64,000 nt of DNA, taken from positions 264,847 to 328,846 of the forward strand of contig NIVC01001103.1 in the NCBI GenBank assembly GCA_002269645.1, written 5' to 3'. The position numbers and the translations under genes are program-made. The notes beneath the pieces are model-generated. The model was not told the DNA's origin, did not search any database, and worked only from the letters and a program-made list of their open reading frames with translations. Positions 59,424-64,000 of the stretch are shown here, piece by piece. This DNA comes from Macrostomum lignano. Its lineage: Eukaryota. Within the stretch, counting starts at the first letter, position 1, and each line of letters starts with the position of its first letter.

Positions 59424-61971
59424 TCACAGGCGCAGGTAGCCGCCTTCTGCCTGGCCTCCGTCTGGGAAGCCGTCAATCAGCTGGGAGCCCAGCGGTTGCA
59501 GCTCATGGCCGGAGCCGCCAAGCGCCCCACTGCCGAACGAGGAGCCCAGGCCGCCGCCGCCGCCGCACCGGCTGGACGAGCTGAGGCAGGATTCGCTGCC
59601 TTCGTCCGCTTCACCCACTGACGATAGCGAAGCCTGCGCCGGCTGATGCTGCAGCTCCTCGGATTCGGCAACTGCGGCGTCGGCGGAGGCCAGCAGTTCG
59701 CCGGAGTCCGGGCAGCGCAGTCGATGGGCCCGGACCTCGCCAATCAGCTGACTGCGCCGGCTAATCAAGTGCGACACCGTGGACTCCAGCTGGGCATTGT
59801 CGGACTCCAGGCCGCGTACAGCCTCAGTGAGGCATTCGATGCGATCTTGGCGCTTCTTGCGGCACTTGGCTGCGGCCACTCGATTGCGCTCGCGGCGCTT
59901 CTCCCGGCGCTGCAACTCCTCCGGCTGGCTCTGGCGGAGAAGGGCAGGCGGACAGGCCAATGCGCGACACAAAGCACAAACATTTCAAACAAAATGCTAA
60001 CCGTTTTTTCAGGACATTAGGTGGGTGCACACGGGGGAACCAGCGTGGTAGCGCCATCATGGAGGCGCTTAGCCTGGCAAGGAGGCGCCATCGTGGGGGC
60101 GCCAGCAACAGCAGTAAGTACTCTACCCTCTCCAGCCATTCATTCAGCAAACACCCTACCCTCTCCAGCCATTCATTCAGCAAACACCCTACCCTCTCCA
60201 GCCATTCATTCAGCAAACACCCTACCCTCTCCAGCCATTCATTCAGTAAGCACCCTACCCTCTCCAGCCATTCATTCAGCAAACACCCTACCCTCTCCAG
60301 CCATTCATTCAGCAAACACCCTACCCTCTCCAGCCATTCATTCAGTAAGCACCCTACCCTCTCCAGCCATTCATTCAGTAAGCACCCTACCCTCTCCAGC
60401 CATTCATTCAGCAAACACCCTACCCTCTCCAGTCATTCATTCAGTAAGCACCCTACCCTCTCCAGCCATTCATTCAGTAAGCACCCTACCCTCTCCAGCC
60501 ATTCATTCAGTAAGCACCCTACCCTCTCCAGCCATTCATTCAGTAAGCACCCTACCCTCTCCAGCCATTCATTCAGTAAGCACCCTACCCTCTCCAGCCA
60601 TTCATTCAGTAAGTACCCTACCCTCTCCAGCCATTCATTCAGTAAGTACCCTACCCTCTCCAGTCATTCATTCAGTAAGTACCCTACCCTCTCCAGTCAT
60701 TCATTCAGTAAGCACCCTACCCTCTCCAGCCATTCATTCAGTAAGCACCCTACCCTCTCCAGCCATTCATTCAGTAAGCACCCTACCCTCTCCAGCCATT
60801 CATTCAGTAAGCACCCTACCCTCTCCAGCCATTCATTCAGTAAGCACCCTACCCTCTCCAGCCATTCATTCAGTAAGTACCCTACCCTCTCCAGCCATTC
60901 ATTCAGTAAGTACCCTACCCTCTCCAGTCATTCATTCAGTAAGTACCCTACCCTCTCCAGTCATTCATTCAGTAAGCACCCTACCCTCTCCAGCCATTCA
61001 TTCAGTAAGCACCCTACCCTCTCCAGCCATTCATTCAGTAAGTACCCTACCCTCTCCAGCCATTCATTCAGTAAGCACCCTACCCTCTCCAGCCACTTAT
61101 TCAGTAAGCACCCTACCCTCAAAAGATCATTAATTCAGTAAGCGCAGCTACCCTTTCTAATAATTAATTCAGCAAGCGATGCTCTCCAATGCTTTATGAC
61201 GCTGCCCCAACCCAACCAATTAGGGATCAGGCTATCCCAAGCAACTACAAAGTAAAATTAAAGCAATATAACCTAACCAACCTTAGCCGTTTTACTCCAA
61301 CATTTCCGACCTCCGCCAGTGCCGGTGGCCGCGCCGCTTTGCTGCTTCTTCGACGACCGACTTTTTGTTAAAGCTCCGCTGGTGCCGCCATCAACAGCTG
61401 CTAGCAGATTCGAATCTCCATCATCGCCAGTTTCATCAATCTCGTCTTCATCGTTATCGTCTTGATCAACATCTTCGTTGAAATGGGCGCCTAAAGGCTC
61501 TGACTGGACGGTAGGCGGCGGCGGAGGCTGCTGCTGATGGTGCTGCAGCAGGGGCTCGGTGAGCGGCAGCTGTAGCTGTTGCACATAGTGCTCTTGCGGA
61601 TGCTGGAAATGATGCTGATGATGCTGATGATGCAAATGATGAGGCATATCTGCATAGCCTTGGCCGCCTAACAATGGGCCATTGGAAAGTACAATTGGCT
61701 TCAGTATGAGCCCCGGCTCAAGCGACTGCTGGTGCGGCTGGTGATGATGCGGCTGCTGCACCGGATGCTGCTGGTAGCAGCTAGCCGCCGATAAGTAGGC
61801 TCCGCCGCTGCTGCCGCCGCTGGCGTCGATGCAAAAATTTGCCGAATTGTATCCCGCATTAATATTGGTTGTCATGACAACAATTCCGCCGCTGCCAACG
61901 CCGGAACTGGGAACTGCTGCGGAGCCGCCGATTTCAGTTGGGCTTCGGGCAGCAGAGTCGGAGTAGATGAC
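59424..61971 (-). CDS. bZIP transcription factor A, ATF3-like with His/Gln-rich and acidic N-terminus; complement(join(59424..59930,61282..61971)); first ATG at 61875 gives 366 aa
   Basis: Canonical bZIP EELQRREKRRERNRVAAAKCRKKRQDRIECL followed by L-L-L-L-L heptads and HRLRC (Fos/ATF3 HxxxC). Donor AAG|GTTGGT and acceptor CTCCGCCAG|AGC, phase 0. By eye it is closer to ATF3 than to Fos. Confidence 0.88.
60112..61130. repeat. 33-bp minisatellite CAGCCATTCATTCAGTAAGCACCCTACCCTCTC, ~30 copies (intron of bZIP A)
   Basis: Direct reading; source of ORFs 59960-61141. Confidence 0.97.
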
Positions 61972-61983
61972 CTGAAATTCGAA

Positions 61984-62300
61984 TAGTTGTAGCCTAGTGG
62001 TCAGAGCGTCGGACTTACGACTTGAATGTCGAGGGTTCGATTCCTGATCCCACTCGGAACAATTTGTGTCCTTGAGCAAGACACTCAACTCTGCATTGCT
62101 TCAGTCCACCTAGCTGTAAAAAGGGTGCCAGCATTAGCTGGGGTAATTGAGGGTGTGTGCCCCCCCCCTCCCCAGTCCTTGACTGAACAGCCATACGCAG
62201 CCTTCAGATGCACCGTGCAATAGCTGCGGCTGAGCTGTCGATTGCACAAATGGCCCGATAGGGCAGGTGTAATCAATCATTATCATTATTATTATTATCA
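61984..62300 (+). mobile_element. tRNA-derived SINE, copy 2 (same family as 59003-59310)
   Basis: A box TAGTGGTCAG at ~61995 and B box GGTTCGATTCC at 62034-62044. Same central domain and (ATT)n tail as copy 1. Confidence 0.85.
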
Positions 62301-62823
62301 TTGAATAGTACATTGATGCCCAATGGAAACTAAATTCTTGTAGGTCTGGTGTTTAGCATACATTTTTATACACTTATTTCATACTAATATGCCATTAACT
62401 AAAATTTACAGATAGGCTTACCAATTTGGGATATTTTTAAAAAATAAATTTTTTTTATTACAGAAATATAGACCTTCCCTATCCACATTGAGTAATTTGA
62501 TGAGCATAATGCTTAATGATGTGTTTATTATCATAGAAAAGACAATATTTCTAATATATTGTAGATTATAAAATTCTAATTTAATAGACAAAGTGACCAA
62601 AGATCAGATGACATTTTATACAATTTCCATGGGCATGATTATTAGATAACACAATTATTTATTTTGCCATACATGTAGGCTATAACCATTAATATAGATG
62701 ACTAGAGATAGGGTAACATCTGTATATATATATATTTAAATACATTTAGTTTAAATACAAAAAGAAAAAAGTAGCTATAAATATAGGTTAGGCCTATCTT
62801 GTTAAAAAATGTGTTATTACTTC

Positions 62824-63040
62824 AGCAAGCCTAGGCCTAGAGTCTAATATAAAACAACATAGGTTTATTAGCTTTTGTTAGAATATATTTGTCAAAGCAA
62901 GCCTAGGCCTAGAGTCTAATATAAAACAACATAGGTTTATTAGCTTTTGTTAGAATATATTTGTCAAAGCAAGCCTAGGCCTAGAGTCTAATATAAAACA
63001 ACATAGGTTTACTAGCTTTTGTTAGAATATATTTGTCAAA
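62824..63040. repeat. 72-bp unit x3 (AGCAAGCCTAGGCCTAGAGTC...)
   Basis: Unit starts at 62824, 62896 and 62968. Confidence 0.92.
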
Positions 63041-63611
63041 ATATAGGAGGTTCTAAAATATAGACATCTTAGGCCTATCCCATGGACAGTTTAATTAGAC
63101 TATTTATAATAAAATACATAGGCTAAACAATCAATTTTTGAGGGACTAATAAAAAACTATTACACTTTAAATATTATATACAATAAACACCCTTGAAATA
63201 CCCAAAAAAATATAAAATTAAATACTTTTTATCAGAATAAAGGGAATGACCAATAAATGCATATACCTTAGTCTAAATCTTACCTGGTAGTAACCTAGGC
63301 TATAGCTATAAGCTGTAGAGCCCTATTGCAACAAAGGGTCAAATCATGTCAGATAGTTCTTTAGGTGTCCCAAACAAAGCTAGCCTAGCTTTCTTTGGTA
63401 TAGACACTTGAATCTTTACATGCTAGCATGCCAATCAGCTTTTAGTTACGAGTATACTAGACTATTATCATCACAAAAACTCTTTGCTTGCAATAAGGCT
63501 ATAAAGATAAAATTTGATTCTTATTTTAGGATAAAACTAGCAATCCAGCCCATTTGGGGAGTGCAAAAAAGAAAATGAAAATATGGCTAAATACTAAGAA
63601 AAACCCATGCT

Positions 63612-64000
63612 CCTAATAAGCCTTGATATCTCAGAAATTCCCCCAGCTACAAGCCTTGACATCTAAGAAACTCTTCAATAAGCCTTGATCTCAACAATTC
63701 CTCTGTAAGCCTTGACAACCCAGCAATTCCCTTGTAAGACTGGACCTCCAGCAATTCCCCTATAAGCCTGACATCCCAGCCATTCCCTCCCATAAGCCTG
63801 ACATCTTAGTGATTCCCCCCATAAGCCTTAACATCTCAGCGATTCCCCCAGTAGTCTCAGCAATTCCCCAGTAACCTTTGACATCTTAGAAAGTTCCCCA
63901 CTAAGCCTTGAAGTCTTAGCGATTTCCTCACTAAGCTCGATATCCCAGAACTTCCTCCCATAAGCCTTGACATCCTAGCAATTCCCCGCTACAAGCCTTG
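63612..64000. repeat. Degenerate ~30-bp tandem repeat (TAAGCCTTGACATCTCAGCAATTCCCC-like), running off the window
   Basis: TAAGCCTTGA and AATTCCCC motifs recur throughout. Confidence 0.75.

Noticed and set aside
59960-61141. 393/370-aa SSHSFSKHPTL-repeat ORFs
   Set aside because: 33-bp minisatellite inside the bZIP A intron, on the opposite strand.
61972-62088. N-terminal extension of ORF 61273-62088 (MSVLLKDTN...)
   Set aside because: Antisense SINE sequence upstream of a good acceptor at 61972-61974.

Overview
This is eukaryotic (animal) genomic DNA, not prokaryotic: GC-rich spliced exons sit between minisatellite-filled introns and gaps. The style resembles a Macrostomum-type flatworm, which is an inference from composition and architecture only. 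Six intron-containing genes can be reconstructed from GT-AG sites and reading frames. (1) A complete 7-exon, 535-aa SLC1/EAAT-family transporter (+, 210-10030) has heavily rewritten Na+/H+-coupling motifs. (2-3) Two tandem, divergent NTF2/SnoaL(DUF2358)-like paralogs lie on the - strand (28043-30357 and 31624-33912). (4-6) Three tandem Fos/ATF3-family bZIP genes lie on the - strand (37692-39420, 43698-47612, 59424-61971), one canonical and two with degenerate zippers. More than half of the window is tandem repeat: over 20 unrelated array families, including a ~14-kb 14-16-bp satellite with foldback-like ends and a ~6-kb GA-rich tract. There are also two tRNA-derived SINE copies, a decayed death-domain-like ORF, and two sharply bounded CpG-free, TpA-rich blocks flanking the bZIP cluster. 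Most long ORFs in the supplied track are repeat artefacts. The most interesting signals are the non-canonical SLC1, in-frame 3' acceptors ahead of most CDSs (compatible with a spliced-leader-supplied AUG), the bZIP triplet, and the RIP-like CG->TA eroded blocks. Copy numbers and repeat boundaries are approximate, read by eye.
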